Assembly: GCF_006345805.1 (NCBI RefSeq)
Contig: NC_043014.1
Location: 30,566,001-30,630,000 of the forward strand
Reading direction: 5' to 3'
Origin: Octopus sinensis
Taxonomy: Eukaryota
Length of the DNA: 64,000 bases
Every line of letters begins with the position of its first letter. Position 1 is the first letter of the stretch. Of this stretch, positions 62,539-64,000 are shown one piece after another. The translations under genes were made by a program, and so were the position numbers. The notes beneath the pieces were generated by a model. The model searched no databases, was not told where the DNA came from, and saw only the letters and a list, made by a program, of their open reading frames with translations.

Positions 62539-63840
62539 GTAAGGTCACTTGTGAGGTCTCCTATGAGTGCTACCGGCAACATGGAATCCAGTATAATTTG
62601 TTGCATAGTCATGCTATCAGTAACTAAACCTCAACTATCGCAGCTGTTACGTTCCAAAATCTCCCACAGAAATAATTAAAAGCTAAAAAAATTTTTTAAC
62701 TTATCAGCTGCAGAAACCCAGATATACTGAGGCGCAGGAGTAGCTGCGTGGTAAGTAGCTTGCTTACCATCCACATGGTTCCAGGTTCAGTCCCACTGCG
62801 TGGCACCTTGGGCAAGTGTCTTCTGCTATAGCTTCGACCAAAGCCTTGTGAGTGAATTTGGTAGACAGAAATTGAAAGAAGCCCATCATATATACGTATA
62901 TATATGTGTGTGTGTGTTTGTGTGTCTGTCCCCCCAAAAAAACATCGCTTGACAATCGATGCTGGTGTGTTTACGTCCCTGTAACTTAGCAGTTCGGATT
63001 AAGGGGACCGATAGAATAAATACTAAGCTTACAAAGAATAAGTCCTGGGGTCGATTTGCTCAGCTAAAGGCGGTGCTCCAGCATGTCCACAGTCAAATGA
63101 CTGAAACAAGTAAAAGAGTATATATGAGTCAGAAAAATCCACAATGTACTGAGTGCACGATAGGTGAACTGCAATGTACTGTGTGCGCAATAGGTGAACC
63201 ACGATATGGTGAGGAATTACTGTATATTGGTTTTGTAAAATAAAAAATTCATTATTTTTTTAGCACAGCTAAGTGCCTGTGTTTTCATTGCTGGTGCTAA
63301 CTTATTAACACAATATGAATAACACAAAAGATGAAATAGACCAAAGAATTAGTTATCGTGGTCAACTTCTATTGTTGTATTTCTGAAACAAACTCAAGAT
63401 TAGTGCATGTTGTGTCTCGCATTCACTTTCAAAGCATTTTAATTGAATGAATCAACTCCAGTACTTATTGCTTTTAAAACCTGGAACTTATTCTGTTGGT
63501 CTCTTTTGTCAAACCATTAAGTTATGGGGATGTAAACAAACCAACTCCAGTTGTGAAGCAGTAGTGAGACATAAGCACAAAGACACACACATATACATAC
63601 ACACACACACATATGTAAGGTCACTTGTAAGGTCTCTTATGAGTGCTACTGGCTTTGTGCTTATCTCCCACCACTGGTATGAGGATGTAAACAAACCAAC
63701 TCCAGTTGTGAAGCAGTGGTGAGAGGTAAGCACAAAGACACACACAAGTGTAAGGTCACTTGTGAGATCTCTTATGAGTGCTACTGGCAACATGGAATCC
63801 AGTATAATTTGTTGCATAGTCATGTTATCAGCAACTAAAC
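62400..63840. repeat. Local triplication of a SINE-tail plus unique junction segment
   Basis: gatgtaaacaaaccaactccagttgtgaagcag...gtaaggtcacttgt...atgagtgctac at ~62410, ~63530 and ~63685. Confidence 0.85.
62730..63120 (+). mobile_element. SINE family A, full length
   Basis: ggcgcaggagtagctgcgtggtaag head, ggttcagtcc B-box, tail ...gaaacaagtaaaagag. Confidence 0.87.
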
Positions 63841-64000
63841 CAGCATCCCCACTATGTCTGCCTGGTGAGGAGGGCTGCTAGAAACCCAGCAAGACAAAAA
63901 GGAAAACCTGTCAAAAGGACAGATGAACTTAGTGTAGGTTCCACAATCATCTGGCAATAGCACAGGCCCATAGAAATTCTGAGTTGGTGTCCAGTATGCT

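Noticed and set aside
62730-62810. Possible tRNA genes at SINE heads
   Set aside because: Only A/B boxes remain and they run directly into SINE bodies; no complete cloverleaf.

Overview
AT-rich, repeat-dense eukaryotic DNA. The SINE/LINE repertoire points to an octopod cephalopod (Octopus-like); this is inferred from the repeats, not shown directly. The window appears to be mostly giant introns of a minus-strand AMP deaminase (AMPD2-like) gene. One clear 211-nt coding exon (46113-46323, 'SAPFEIPEYPIEEKEQKTYLERQL') is followed by candidate frame-preserving small exons of 27, 12 and 39 nt. The rest is transposon debris: tRNA-derived SINEs; CR1-like, RTE, Dong/R4 and CRE-like LINE pieces; Penelope-like GIY-YIG remnants; mariner, Tc1/maT and piggyBac remnants; TTAA-, TA- and 8-bp-TSD MITEs; a probable solo LTR; and many microsatellites. 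Four signals stand out. (1) Minimal type-I hammerhead ribozyme motifs lie in Penelope-type modules beside (TA)n tracts, and one is intact inside a ~630-bp inverted-repeat-bounded unit. (2) There is a putative microexon cassette in the AMPD N-terminus. (3) SINEs share 3' tails with LINEs and swap them. (4) Several long foldback hairpins would form dsRNA in the pre-mRNA. All calls are by eye; coordinates of degenerate elements are approximate. Most ORFs in the supplied track are microsatellite or SINE artefacts.
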